Source: Actinomycetota bacterium (GTDB lineage Bacteria; Actinomycetota; Actinomycetes; UBA12327). Taken from it: a stretch of 24,557 nucleotides of DNA. The translations under genes were made by a program, and so were the position numbers. Positions 8,922-17,757 of the stretch are shown one piece after another. Within the stretch, counting starts at the first letter, position 1; every line of letters begins with the position of its first letter. The DNA is taken from assembly GCA_003529305.1 (NCBI GenBank), contig DPWC01000189.1, positions 1 through 24,557 on the forward strand. Direction: 5' to 3'. The notes under the pieces are model-generated. The model was not told where the DNA came from and ran no database searches. It saw only the letters and a list, made by a program, of their open reading frames with translations.

Positions 8922-11038
8922 GCGTGCTGCCGGCGCGTATGCAACGCGATGAGTTGCTCCTGCAGATCGTCCAAGATGAGGCCGTTGATTTCGTGGCGGC
9001 GTTGCCACTGGCCGTCACTGTGCAGCAGCCAGGCAGCGGTGGTCGGGGCGAATGCCAATTCGAAGGCTTGCTGCACTTCATCAATGTGGTTGGCATGGTC
9101 GAGGCGGACCAGCGCCTCAACTCGACGATCAAGATTTCGGTGCATCAAATCACTGCTGCCAATCCACACTTCCGGAGAACCTGCATTGGCGAAGGTGTAC
9201 ACACGCGAATGCTCCAAGAAGCGCCCCAACACACTGCGCACCTCAATGTTCTCCGAGAGGTCAGGAACTCCTGGCCGAAGAGCGCAAATGCCACGCACCC
9301 ACAGCTGCACCCGAACGCCAGCTTGCGATGCGCGGTACAGGGCGTCGATAAGTGCTTCATCAACGATCGCGTTGCACTTGACTCCGATTGCTGCCGGCAA
9401 GCCTTGGCGCACATTGGCGATCTCGCCCTCAATGCGACTCATCAAGCCGGTGCGTACCGATAGCGGGGCGACGAGTAGGCGTTCGTACTCGGTGGGGCGG
9501 GCATAGCCGCTGAGTTGATTGAACAACTCGGCAACATCCTCACCGACGCGCGGATCTGAAGTGAGCAGGCCGAAGTCTTCGTAAGCACGAGCGGTCTTTG
9601 GGTGATAGTTGCCAGTACCGATGTGGCTGTAGCGGCGCAGGCCGTCTTCATCACGGCGCACCACCATCGAGAGTTTGCAGTGGGTCTTCAAGCCGACCAG
9701 GCCATACACCACATGCACACCGGCCTGTTCGAGTTTGCGGGCCCAAGTGATGTTGGCTTCCTCGTCGAACCGCGCCTTGATCTCGACAACTGCCAACACC
9801 TGCTTTCCCGCCTCGGCCGCATCAACCAAGGCATCGACGATGGGGGAGTCACCGCTGGTGCGATACAGCGTTTGTTTGATGGCCAACACCGTTGGGTCAG
9901 CGGCCGCTTGCTCAAGAAAGCGCTGGACACTAGTGGCAAACGAGTCATAGGGGTGATGAAGAAGGATGTCGTGATGCCGCATCGCCCCCATCACATCGGG
10001 CGGTGACGAGGTTTCCACCTCAGCGAGCAGCGGATGAGTTTTGGGCAAGAACGCGGGGAACTTCAAGTCGTCGCGCGGCAGAGTATGCAGCGCCCGGAGG
10101 CCGGAAAGGTCCAGCGGACCGGCGATAGCGAAAACCTCATCGCGATCGATCTGCAGTTCACGAGTCAGTAGGTCCAGGACATGTTCATCAATGGTCGGCT
10201 TTACTTCGAGCCGTACGGGCGGCCCAAAGCGTCGCCGCGTCAACTCCCGTTCCAAAGCGATCAACAGGTTTTCGGCGTCGTCCTCTTCGACCTCAACATC
10301 TTCATTCCGCGTCACGCGGAAGGGGTGATGCTGCAGCACTTCCATACCGGGGAAGAGGTCTTGCAGATGCTCGGCGATGACATCTTCCAGAGGAACAAAG
10401 CGGGTGGGACTGACTTGGAGGAATCGCGGCAGCAGTGGTGGCACCTTGACGCGCGCAAAGTGCTCGGTGTCGGTGTGGGGATTGCGCACCACCACGGCAA
10501 GGTTGAGAGACAGCCCTGAGATGTAAGGGAACGGGTGGGCAGGATCCACCGCTAACGGTGTGAGGACGGGGAAGATCTCGCGAGTAAACAACTCGCCAGT
10601 GGCGTCGGCCTCTTCTGCCGTCAAACTCTGCCAACGCAGAATCTCGATGCCCTCTGATGCCAGCTGGGGAAGTAGTTGCTCATGCAGGCAGGCGGACTGC
10701 TGCTCGACGAGTTCGCGAGTGTGTGACCAAATGGATTCAAGAACGGCGCGTGGATGGAGACCGCTGGCTGAGCGCACCGCGATACCGGTTGCCATGCGGC
10801 GTTTGAGGCCCGCGACGCGCACCATGAAGAACTCATCGAGATTGCTCGAGAAGATAGCGAGATAACGGACCCGTTCTAGCAGTGGAACGCGTTCGTCCTG
10901 CGCGAGTTCGAGAACGCGTTGATTGAACGCGAGCCAGGACTCTTCGCGGTCGAGAAATCGATCAGGCGGCAGCGGTGTGACGGCTTCCGATGCCGCGACG
11001 CCGGCAGGCGTCTGATCGGGATTAAGCGGCGGACTCAT
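8918..11038 (-). CDS. ppk1: Polyphosphate kinase 1
   Basis: [83 protein letters not shown]. Start at ATG 11038 (ATGA overlap with the mshD stop). Confidence 0.98.
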   Translation of the reverse strand: MSPPLNPDQTPAGVAASEAVTPLPPDRFLDREESWLAFNQRVLELAQDERVPLLERVRYLAIFSSNLDEFFMVRVAGLKRRMATGIAVRSASGLHPRAVLESIWSHTRELVEQQSACLHEQLLPQLASEGIEILRWQSLTAEEADATGELFTREIFPVLTPLAVDPAHPFPYISGLSLNLAVVVRNPHTDTEHFARVKVPPLLPRFLQVSPTRFVPLEDVIAEHLQDLFPGMEVLQHHPFRVTRNEDVEVEEDDAENLLIALERELTRRRFGPPVRLEVKPTIDEHVLDLLTRELQIDRDEVFAIAGPLDLSGLRALHTLPRDDLKFPAFLPKTHPLLAEVETSSPPDVMGAMRHHDILLHHPYDSFATSVQRFLEQAAADPTVLAIKQTLYRTSGDSPIVDALVDAAEAGKQVLAVVEIKARFDEEANITWARKLEQAGVHVVYGLVGLKTHCKLSMVVRRDEDGLRRYSHIGTGNYHPKTARAYEDFGLLTSDPRVGEDVAELFNQLSGYARPTEYERLLVAPLSVRTGLMSRIEGEIANVRQGLPAAIGVKCNAIVDEALIDALYRASQAGVRVQLWVRGICALRPGVPDLSENIEVRSVLGRFLEHSRVYTFANAGSPEVWIGSSDLMHRNLDRRVEALVRLDHANHIDEVQQAFELAFAPTTAAWLLHSDGQWQRRHEINGLILDDLQEQLIALHTRRQHA

Positions 11039-12009
11039 GCTTCGACCCGGAACATCACATCGGTATCCCACCAAGTAAAGCCCAGTGATTCATAGAGCGC
11101 TCGCGCGGCGTGATTGTCGGCTTCCACATAGAGCATGGCATCAGAGAGCCCGGCACTGCGTAGGTGTCGCAGACCGACCAGAACCAATGCTTTCCCCAAG
11201 CCCTGGCCGACAGAGTCCGGGGCAACACCGACGACATAAACCTCACCAATGGGCTGATGCGCATGATCACTGCCGTCAGCGGCGTGGTGATGAGTGTGCC
11301 CACCGTGCACTTTCGTCCAATGAAATCCCACGATGCGTTCCGTGACGCCATTGGCGTTGTTGGCTTCGTCGCGCACTGCAAGAAAGAAACCTTCTGGATC
11401 GAACCATGACTCTGCCATCCGCAGTTCCAGTGATCGCTGAGTCCAGGAGCCTTGCTCGGGATGCTCGGCGAAGGCAGCGGCATTCACCGCTAACCAGTGG
11501 GCGTCATCAACGCCAGGTTGAAAGGTGCGCAGGCGCACGCCGTGCGGCAGCGTGGGAGCTGGCAGCGGCGTGAACAGGCTGCGACGCATCTGCAGCAAAG
11601 TGCGACTGCGGGTGTAGCCAAGACTGGTGGCCAGTGCCATGGCGCCGGACTTTTGTCCATGAGCCCAGAGGCGGAGACGGCCATCTGGTGAGCGATCTTG
11701 TGCATGGGTGACCAGAGCGGTACCAATGCCTTGGCCGCGCGCTTGGGGATCGACGCACAGTTCCACGCTCGATCCTTCCACCGGATCGGTGGTGTCAAGG
11801 TGCGCGTATCCGATCAGATGGCCACTGTCGTCCTGCGCCAGTACATGGACAACGCCGTGGTCGCCGCCGTGGCGCAGGTGCAGCCACGCGTGTTCTGACA
11901 AGGGGCGATCTCCGTCAGCGTCGCTGACCCGCTCAACCAGTTGTCGGACCTGGTTGATGTTCGCCGGAGCCAAGTGCTCAACGGCGGTGAGGGCAACGGC
12001 GGCGTTCAC
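11035..12009 (-). CDS. mshD: Mycothiol synthase (tandem GNAT)
   Basis: [64 protein letters not shown]. The GTG overlaps the glnR stop. Confidence 0.95.
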   Translation of the reverse strand: MNAAVALTAVEHLAPANINQVRQLVERVSDADGDRPLSEHAWLHLRHGGDHGVVHVLAQDDSGHLIGYAHLDTTDPVEGSSVELCVDPQARGQGIGTALVTHAQDRSPDGRLRLWAHGQKSGAMALATSLGYTRSRTLLQMRRSLFTPLPAPTLPHGVRLRTFQPGVDDAHWLAVNAAAFAEHPEQGSWTQRSLELRMAESWFDPEGFFLAVRDEANNANGVTERIVGFHWTKVHGGHTHHHAADGSDHAHQPIGEVYVVGVAPDSVGQGLGKALVLVGLRHLRSAGLSDAMLYVEADNHAARALYESLGFTWWDTDVMFRVEA

Positions 12010-12716
12010 ACCAGAGCTGGTTCGGGAAGGACGGCATCGTCACTGTGGGGAGGAATGACAAATCGATAGCCCACATTGCGCACTGTTCCGATCAGCGACT
12101 CATGTTCGGTGCCGAGTTTGGCTCGCAACCGTCGCACATGCACATCGACGGTTCGGGTGCCACCGAAGTAGTCGTAGCCCCACACCTCTTGGAGCAGTTG
12201 TGCACGAGTGAACACTCGCCCGGGGTGCTGGGCCAGGTGCTTCAGAAGTTCGAACTCTTTGAAGGTCAGATCAAGGACACGCCCGCGCAGCTTTGCGGTA
12301 TAGGTGGCCTCATCAATGGTGACCGGTCCACTCGAGATCTCCTGACCGGTGGCTTTGGCGGCCTGGTCAAGGCGACCAAGGGCTAGCCGGATCCGGGCAT
12401 CAACCTCTGCCGGTCCGGCGGAGTCCAGGACGATGTCATCAAGGCCCCATTCATCGCTGAATGCCACCAACCCGCCTTCGGTGGCAATGGCGATGACTGG
12501 TGAACTCACGCCGGTGGTGCGCAGGAGTCGGCAAAGACCTTTCGCGGCGGGTAGTTCTTGGCGCGCATCGACCAAGATCAGGTCGCACTCCGGAGCGTTC
12601 ACCAGCAGTGAGGGTTCCGTTCCGATCACCCGCACGGTGTGGGCCAGCAGGCCTAGAGCAGGGAGCACCTCAGAGGAGGGGCTCAGTCGCGGCGTGAGCA
12701 GCAAGAGTCGAGCCAT
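12006..12716 (-). CDS. glnR: OmpR-family nitrogen regulator GlnR
   Basis: LLLLT...[84 protein letters not shown]: closely resembles actinobacterial GlnR. Adjacent to mshD, as Rv0818-Rv0819. SD GGAGG. Confidence 0.9.
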   Translation of the reverse strand: MARLLLLTPRLSPSSEVLPALGLLAHTVRVIGTEPSLLVNAPECDLILVDARQELPAAKGLCRLLRTTGVSSPVIAIATEGGLVAFSDEWGLDDIVLDSAGPAEVDARIRLALGRLDQAAKATGQEISSGPVTIDEATYTAKLRGRVLDLTFKEFELLKHLAQHPGRVFTRAQLLQEVWGYDYFGGTRTVDVHVRRLRAKLGTEHESLIGTVRNVGYRFVIPPHSDDAVLPEPALV

Positions 12717-12758
12717 TGCGCCTCCGTCCGCGAGGGTCCGTGGGGAATCGGACGACTC

Positions 12759-12764
12759 ATTCTA
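12759..12764 (-). promoter_or_regulatory. Candidate -10 element for the glnR operon
   Basis: TAGAAT on the minus strand, about 42 nt upstream of the glnR ATG. Confidence 0.55.
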
Positions 12765-12845
12765 CCCGGACTCCATGGGCGGCCCGCCGGCCAACGAGGG
12801 GGCCGGAACTGCGAGCCGTGATCGGGGTGCTGGCACCATGCGGAC

Positions 12846-13601
12846 ATGACGCGCGCCGCTGCCTACACCGTGGTCGCGCTTGTGCTGGGCGTCGTTGGCT
12901 GGTCCGGGCCGGGGGCGGTCATTGCCGCAGTGGCCTTGGCATCGATTGCGCTGGCCATGCTCGTGCCGGCTCTTCCACATACTGAGGGCTTCTCGGGTGT
13001 CGCGGCGGTCGGTGTGTGTTGGTGCGCACTCTTCTTGGTGTGCATCGAAGATGTGCGCCCAGGCGGTTTACCGGGGGGAATCGGCTTCGCGCTCTTTCCT
13101 GTTGCGGCAATTTTCGTGGTGGTCACGGTGCTGCAACTGTGGGATCGCCGAGACCGTCGTGCGGTCATCAATGCCATGTCATCAACAGCCCTGATCAGTG
13201 TGGTGGTGGTGGCCGGAACGGTGTGGGTGCCGATTTCGCGTAACTCCTACGGCACCACCGTGTTGGTGACCGCAGCGTTGGCACTGGCTGTTGCGGGTCG
13301 CGCAGTAACGACGGTCAGCGCGAAACGGGTCGGTGGTCGTGCATGGTGGATTGTTCGGGCGGCCGCCATTTGCATTTCCGCTGGACTGGGTGTGCTTGGG
13401 CCGTTGATTCTTGGCGCCCTGCCGTGGTGGTGGGGAGCGGCTGCAGGAGCTCTCATCGCCGTTGTCGTGATTGCTGGTGATGAGTTGGTGACCGCGTTAG
13501 CTCCCGAGCGCGGATCAGCAGCGGCATTGGTGGCACCGGTGTGCGCATCGGCACTCGCAGCAGCCCCCATCTTTGTTCTCACAGCCGTCGTGGTGGGCTA
13601 G
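12846..13601 (+). CDS. Uncharacterised multi-pass membrane protein (about 8 hydrophobic segments)
   Basis: 251 aa, strongly hydrophobic. Fills the gap between glnR and the thioredoxin. No recognisable motif. Confidence 0.75.
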   Translation: MTRAAAYTVVALVLGVVGWSGPGAVIAAVALASIALAMLVPALPHTEGFSGVAAVGVCWCALFLVCIEDVRPGGLPGGIGFALFPVAAIFVVVTVLQLWDRRDRRAVINAMSSTALISVVVVAGTVWVPISRNSYGTTVLVTAALALAVAGRAVTTVSAKRVGGRAWWIVRAAAICISAGLGVLGPLILGALPWWWGAAAGALIAVVVIAGDELVTALAPERGSAAALVAPVCASALAAAPIFVLTAVVVG

Positions 13602-13605
13602 TGCC

Positions 13606-14112
13606 ATGGATCGAACAAGCCTGATCGTGCTGGTTGTGGTGCTGCTCGCCGCGACCGCGTTCGGGCTGTATCGACGCCGGACCGATGGCCGCCTTCAGGT
13701 GGTGGGGCGTCGTCGGGTGGTTCGGGCGGTGGCTGACGATGCGCCACCGGCAAAACTGGTGGATCCCGATGCGCCTTCGATCCGACGAACTGGTCCACAC
13801 GGAGATGTGGTGGCCACGGATCTGGGTACTGAACTCGGGTCCCAGGCCACTTTGGTGCAGTTCTCCTCAGCGTTTTGTGCTCCGTGTCGAGCAACGCGCC
13901 GCATCCTTGAAGAGGTCACCGCCATGGTCGACGGCGTGGTTCATGTCGAGATCGATGCCGAAGCCCATCTAGATCTTGTCCGCCGACTCGATATTCGACG
14001 CACCCCTACCGTGCTGGTGCTGAACCAGCAGGGTCACATCGTTCGACGGGCCGTGGGTGCACCGCGCAAAGCCGATGTGATCGCCGCATTAGGCGAGGTC
14101 ATCAACGCTTAA
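13606..14112 (+). CDS. Membrane-anchored thioredoxin-family protein (ThiX/Rv0816c-like)
   Basis: N-terminal TM helix, FSSAFCAPC (CxxC), HVEIDAE, RRTPTVLVL. Start at ATG 13606. Confidence 0.88.
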   Translation: MDRTSLIVLVVVLLAATAFGLYRRRTDGRLQVVGRRRVVRAVADDAPPAKLVDPDAPSIRRTGPHGDVVATDLGTELGSQATLVQFSSAFCAPCRATRRILEEVTAMVDGVVHVEIDAEAHLDLVRRLDIRRTPTVLVLNQQGHIVRRAVGAPRKADVIAALGEVINA

Positions 14113-14187
14113 TGCCAGTCATTGGCGATGCACTTGCGAATGCTGTGCAGCAAGCACACCAGTGTGACGACAGGGCGTGTGATGGCG

Positions 14188-14200
14188 TACCCTTTGGCGC
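14188..14200 (+). promoter_or_regulatory. Leaderless promoter for the Cys leader peptide
   Basis: TACCCT (14188-14193), 7 nt, then ATG 14201. GTGACG at about -35. Confidence 0.65.
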
Positions 14201-14281
14201 ATGCAAAGGCGGGTGTATCTCACCAAACGGCGCGCGGTCGACCTGTGTCGCGTGGCCACCTGCCTGTGTCGCGCTCACTGA
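14201..14281 (+). CDS. Cys-containing leader peptide, Ms5788A-like (26 aa)
   Basis: MQRRVYLTKRRAVDLCRVATCLCRAH*. It carries the LTKRRAVDLCRV signature of actinobacterial cysteine-attenuator peptides and sits upstream of DUF4395-sulfurtransferase-DUF1416. Below the ORF-track cutoff. Confidence 0.9.
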   Translation: MQRRVYLTKRRAVDLCRVATCLCRAH

Positions 14282-14415
14282 TCGGGCGATGACCCTCGCA
14301 GCCGCACACCAGTGCCGCTGACGACCCACTCCCCGCCAACCGGGCTGCTGCCCCTCGACGCACAGCGTCACCAGTTTTTCCCTTCCCCTCGCACTGTGAA
14401 CATCTGGAGAGAACC

Positions 14416-14865
14416 ATGTACTTCGACCCTCGTGGACTTCGCTTCGGCGCAACACTGACCACTGTTGTGCTGGCGATTGCCCTGATCACCCAGTCCGTCT
14501 GGGTGATCGGCTTCCAGACCGTGGTCTTCGCCATCGGCGCCATTGCCGGACTGAAGGCTGCGCCCTATGGGGTGATCTTCAAGTCAGTGATCCGCCCCCG
14601 ACTATCGGCCCCTGCGGATCTCGAAGCTGAGGCACCACCGCGTTTTGCCCAGGCTGTTGGTCTGATCTTCGCGCTCGTGGCGACGATCGGCTTTGCCTCT
14701 GGTGCCGCTGTCATCGGCGTCGTTGCGACCGCTATTGCCTTGGCAGCAGCGTTCCTGAATGCCGCCTTCGGCTTCTGCTTGGGCTGTGAGGTGTTCCTGG
14801 TCATTCGCCGGATCACGGGTGGCTCGACTGAGCGATTGGTTCCAGTGGGCAGCATCACGAACTAA
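14416..14865 (+). CDS. DUF4395-family membrane protein
   Basis: DPRGLRFGA, PPRFAQAVGL, AAFLNAAFGFCLGCE. SD GGAGAG. Confidence 0.9.
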   Translation: MYFDPRGLRFGATLTTVVLAIALITQSVWVIGFQTVVFAIGAIAGLKAAPYGVIFKSVIRPRLSAPADLEAEAPPRFAQAVGLIFALVATIGFASGAAVIGVVATAIALAAAFLNAAFGFCLGCEVFLVIRRITGGSTERLVPVGSITN

Positions 14866-14938
14866 GCACCAAGTAATCCCCGGTCGTTCATCCCGATCGG
14901 CCTTCCCTGCACAACAACCGAAACAAGGAGAAAAGAGC

Positions 14939-15802
14939 ATGAGCCGCACCGACGCACTTGTCGATGCCGACTGGGTTGAAACCCACTTGGACGACCCCAA
15001 GGTCGTCCTGGTCGAGGTTGACGAAGACACCGCCGCCTACGAGAAGAACCACATTCGTGGCGCTGTCCGCATTGACTGGAAGACGGACCTGCAAGATCAG
15101 GTTCGCCGTGATTTCGTTAATAAGGAGCAGTTCGAAGCACTGTTGTCGTCCAAGGGCATTGCCAATGACGACACCGTCATCATCTACGGCGGAAACAACA
15201 ACTGGTTTGCCTCATACGCCTACTGGTACTTCAAGCTGTACGGCCATGGTGATGTCCGCCTGCTCGACGGTGGCCGCAAGAAGTGGGAACTCGACAGCCG
15301 TGAACTGGTCTCCGAGGTTCCGCAGCGCGCTGTGACGCAGTACAAGGCGTCGGGCCCAGACACCGCCATTCGCGCTTTCCGCGACGATGTTGTCTCGGCC
15401 ATTGGCGTGCAGAACTTGGTCGATGTCCGCTCGCCTGATGAGTACGCCGGCCGCCTGTTGGCTCCGGCCCACTTGCCGCAGGAGCAGTCGCAGCGTCCGG
15501 GTCATGTGCCCACTGCGGCGAACATTCCGTGGAGCCAGGCTGCTAACGACGATGGCACCTTCAAGTCCGACGATGAGCTCAAGGCCCTGTACGAGGGCAA
15601 GGGCGTGGACTTGTCTAAGGACACCATCGCGTACTGCCGTATCGGTGAGCGTTCCGCGCACACCTGGTTCGTGTTGCACGAGCTGCTCGGCGTGAGCAAT
15701 GTGAAGAACTACGACGGTTCGTGGACCGAGTACGGCTCGCTCGTGGGCGTGCCCGTGCAACTGGGTGACAACCCCGGCACTCCGCTGGGTGGCGCTGCCT
15801 GA
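14939..15802 (+). CDS. sseA: Thiosulfate sulfurtransferase (two-domain rhodanese, CysA2/SseA-type)
   Basis: MSRTDALVDADW, LLDGGRKKW, GHVPTAANIPW, active-site YCRIGERS, NYDGSWTEYG. SD AAGGAG before ATG 14939. Confidence 0.95.
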   Translation: MSRTDALVDADWVETHLDDPKVVLVEVDEDTAAYEKNHIRGAVRIDWKTDLQDQVRRDFVNKEQFEALLSSKGIANDDTVIIYGGNNNWFASYAYWYFKLYGHGDVRLLDGGRKKWELDSRELVSEVPQRAVTQYKASGPDTAIRAFRDDVVSAIGVQNLVDVRSPDEYAGRLLAPAHLPQEQSQRPGHVPTAANIPWSQAANDDGTFKSDDELKALYEGKGVDLSKDTIAYCRIGERSAHTWFVLHELLGVSNVKNYDGSWTEYGSLVGVPVQLGDNPGTPLGGAA

Positions 15803-16101
15803 TGTGTGGCGCAGTGGCGGGTGGACCTTCAATCGAAGGGATCGACATGACCAAGGAAGCCGTGATTCAAGGAATCGTCACCCGAGGTGGCGAGCCAGTG
15901 AGCGGCGCCTATGTGCGACTTCTCGATGGCACGGGTGAGTTCACGGCTGAGGTTCCGACTTCGGCGACGGGCCAGTTCCGTTTCTTTGCCGCACCGGGGT
16001 CCTGGACGCTGCGTGCCCTTGCTCCAGGTGGTCAAGCAGATCGACAGGTCGTCGCCGAACAGGGCGCGGTCGCTGATGTCGAGGTGGCCATCACCGCCTA
16101 G
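15802..16101 (+). CDS. DUF1416-family protein (SseC-like)
   Basis: MCGA start, GAYVRLLDGTGEFTAEVPTSATGQFRFFAAPGSWTLRAL. TGATG overlap with the sulfurtransferase. Confidence 0.9.
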   Translation: MCGAVAGGPSIEGIDMTKEAVIQGIVTRGGEPVSGAYVRLLDGTGEFTAEVPTSATGQFRFFAAPGSWTLRALAPGGQADRQVVAEQGAVADVEVAITA

Positions 16102-16120
16102 CTCCGAAAGCAATGCACGA

Positions 16121-16195
16121 GGCACGGTAAGTGTCATACGCCAAGCGTGACTATCAAGAAGCGCGGCGCATGGCACTTACCGTGTTCTTGTTTGT
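16121..16195 (+). terminator. Long imperfect hairpin with U-rich tail between convergent DUF1416 and dsrE
   Basis: GGCACGGTAAGTGTCAT (16121-16137) pairs with ATGGCACTTACCGTGTT (16170-16186) with G-U pairs. The inner CGCC/GGCG also pair. Followed by CTTGTTTGT. Confidence 0.6.
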
Positions 16196-16202
16196 CGAGG
16201 CT

Positions 16203-16580
16203 CTAGTAGACGAGCGCTTGCGTATGCGGGGCGAGGATTTCTTCCACCTGCGCTGTGCTCCCGGCGATGCGAACGCCAGGGAGAAGGTCGGCGGGCGTGA
16301 GGCCGCGGCGAGTCGCGCACTGTGTGCACACCGTCAGCGTTCCGCCATCAAGCACACGGTCGAGAAGGTCGGCCAAGTTCGGCGCATGGTCCAGCGCGAT
16401 GGTGGCCGCCGTTTCAGGAACAGCCAGTCGAACAGCATCACCGAAGAGCCACACCGAGACTTCGGCTCCAGAGGCCAACGCGGTGACAGCCACAGTGATC
16501 GCTTGATGGCACCGCTCGGCCTCCGTGAGGCTGGCGCCAAGAGTCACCACCAGACGCCGTTGGTCAGGGTTCTCAGACAC
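16203..16580 (-). CDS. DsrE/DsrF-like family protein
   Basis: LVVTLGAS.TEAERCHQAITVA..ALASGAEVSVWLFGDAVRLA, VCTQCATRRG, GVRIAG. Confidence 0.85.
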   Translation of the reverse strand: MSENPDQRRLVVTLGASLTEAERCHQAITVAVTALASGAEVSVWLFGDAVRLAVPETAATIALDHAPNLADLLDRVLDGGTLTVCTQCATRRGLTPADLLPGVRIAGSTAQVEEILAPHTQALVY

Positions 16581-16637
16581 ATTGCGACCTTAGCGGCGGA
16601 ACCGTCAGCGCAGGTTGTGCGCGGCTAGGGTGAGGGT
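16581..16637. promoter_or_regulatory. Pair of divergent leaderless promoters (dsrE and small membrane ORF)
   Basis: Minus: TAAGGT (16592-16587)-N6-GTG 16580. Plus: TAGGGT (16626-16631)-N6-GTG 16638. Confidence 0.6.
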
Positions 16638-16736
16638 GTGGGTGCCTTAGGTGTGGGCGTACTGCTGGCGGGCTTCACGGCTGTGGCATTGACCGGGGGC
16701 TGGATTGTGGTGCGCACCCTGCGCAGAAGCAACTGA
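16638..16736 (+). CDS. Small single-pass membrane protein (32 aa)
   Basis: MGALGVGVLLAGFTAVALTGGWIVVRTLRRSN*: a hydrophobic helix with a basic tail. Leaderless -10 geometry, co-directional with nitrobindin. Confidence 0.6.
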   Translation: MGALGVGVLLAGFTAVALTGGWIVVRTLRRSN

Positions 16737-16790
16737 CTGCTGGTTGGATGAAAGGGCCGCACGGCGGCCAGCCTCAAGGAGGATTCGATC

Positions 16791-17282
16791 GTGGAGTTGA
16801 CCCCTGACCTTCCCAGCGAGCTTGTTCCCTACGGCTGGTTGATCGGCACATGGGCGGGCGCTGGTGTGGGGGGCTATCCCGGAACCGAGTCGTTCCAATT
16901 CGGTCAGGAACTCACCTTCGCGCACGATGGTCGTCCGTTCTTGTCGTACTGGAGTCGCACCTGGCGCATTGATGACGACGGCAACCCACTCGAGCCGTTG
17001 GCCGCTGAGGCCGGCTTCTGGCGGCCACAGCCTGATAACCGGGTGGAGGTGACGATGGCGCACCCCACTGGCGTGGTGGAGATCTATGTTGGCGAGGTTC
17101 GTGGCGCGCAGATTGAAATTCAGACCGATGTTGTGGCCCGCACGGTGTCGGCCAAGGAGTACACCGCCGCTGTCCGGCTTTACGGGTTGGTCAACGGAGA
17201 ACTCATGTGGGCCTATGACATGGCGGGTATGGGTCAGTCATTGCAATCCCATGTGTCAGCTCGGCTGAAGCGCATCGGGTAG
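16791..17282 (+). CDS. Nitrobindin/FABP-like beta-barrel protein (DUF1794)
   Basis: GTWAGAG (GxWxGxG), FGQELTF, EAGFWR, C-terminal SHVSARLKR with the candidate heme His. SD AAGGAGG. Confidence 0.88.
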   Translation: MELTPDLPSELVPYGWLIGTWAGAGVGGYPGTESFQFGQELTFAHDGRPFLSYWSRTWRIDDDGNPLEPLAAEAGFWRPQPDNRVEVTMAHPTGVVEIYVGEVRGAQIEIQTDVVARTVSAKEYTAAVRLYGLVNGELMWAYDMAGMGQSLQSHVSARLKRIG

Positions 17283-17288
17283 TCATCG

Positions 17289-17705
17289 ATGTCCGCCGGT
17301 GATCTGCTGAGCGATCGGCTGCGTGATCGTGGCTTTCGCGTCACGATGCAGCGCCGGGCGGTCTTCGACGCCGTGGTTGCTCTAGGACATGGAACGCCGG
17401 AATCGATTCTGCGCAAAGCACAAGAAGTTGATGCGACCTTGAATCTCTCAACGGTGTACCGCAATCTTGAAGTTCTCGAAGATATCGACTTGGTGCGGCA
17501 TGCACACCTTGGGCACGGCTCGCCGACCTACCATGTGGCCCACGAACACCGGCATCTGCATTTGGTGTGTTCGGTGTGCAACTCCATTGTGGAGGTGCCG
17601 GTGGAAACGGCAGACTCTCTGGTCGAACTTCTCGCCGATCGGCATCAGTTCGCGGTGGATATCGATCACTTCGCCATTCAGGGCCGCTGCGCCCAATGCC
17701 GGTGA
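17289..17705 (+). CDS. nur: Fur-family regulator, nickel-responsive Nur type
   Basis: GH.TP, STVYRNL, HAHLGHGSPTYH, HRHLHLVCSVC, DHFAIQGRCAQC. The His pattern and the position between the FABP-like gene and ygfZ match Streptomyces Nur. Confidence 0.8.
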   Translation: MSAGDLLSDRLRDRGFRVTMQRRAVFDAVVALGHGTPESILRKAQEVDATLNLSTVYRNLEVLEDIDLVRHAHLGHGSPTYHVAHEHRHLHLVCSVCNSIVEVPVETADSLVELLADRHQFAVDIDHFAIQGRCAQCR

Positions 17706-17757
17706 CCCAGTTCAGGCAACGCAGTGCAGGTGACCGAGTGTCGGAGACTCGGTACCC

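Noticed and set aside
8403-9506. Long plus-strand ORFs (367 aa here, and others opposite pur, pst, ppk1 and fcl)
   Set aside because: These are antisense shadows of well-supported genes, common in high-GC DNA, and show no recognisable motifs.
14759-14938. N-terminal extensions in the ORF track (sulfurtransferase 14759; also pstS 8179, pstC 6837, NUDIX 9008, ppk1 11074, thioredoxin 13573)
   Set aside because: They overlap neighbouring genes. Downstream starts fit family N-termini, SD sites or stop/start overlaps better.
16131-16628. 165-aa plus-strand ORF
   Set aside because: It is antisense to dsrE and begins inside the terminator-like hairpin.
17731-17754. ACCGAGT/ACTCGGT inverted repeat before ygfZ as a regulatory element
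   Set aside because: The stem is only 7 bp with no supporting context. It is too weak to call.
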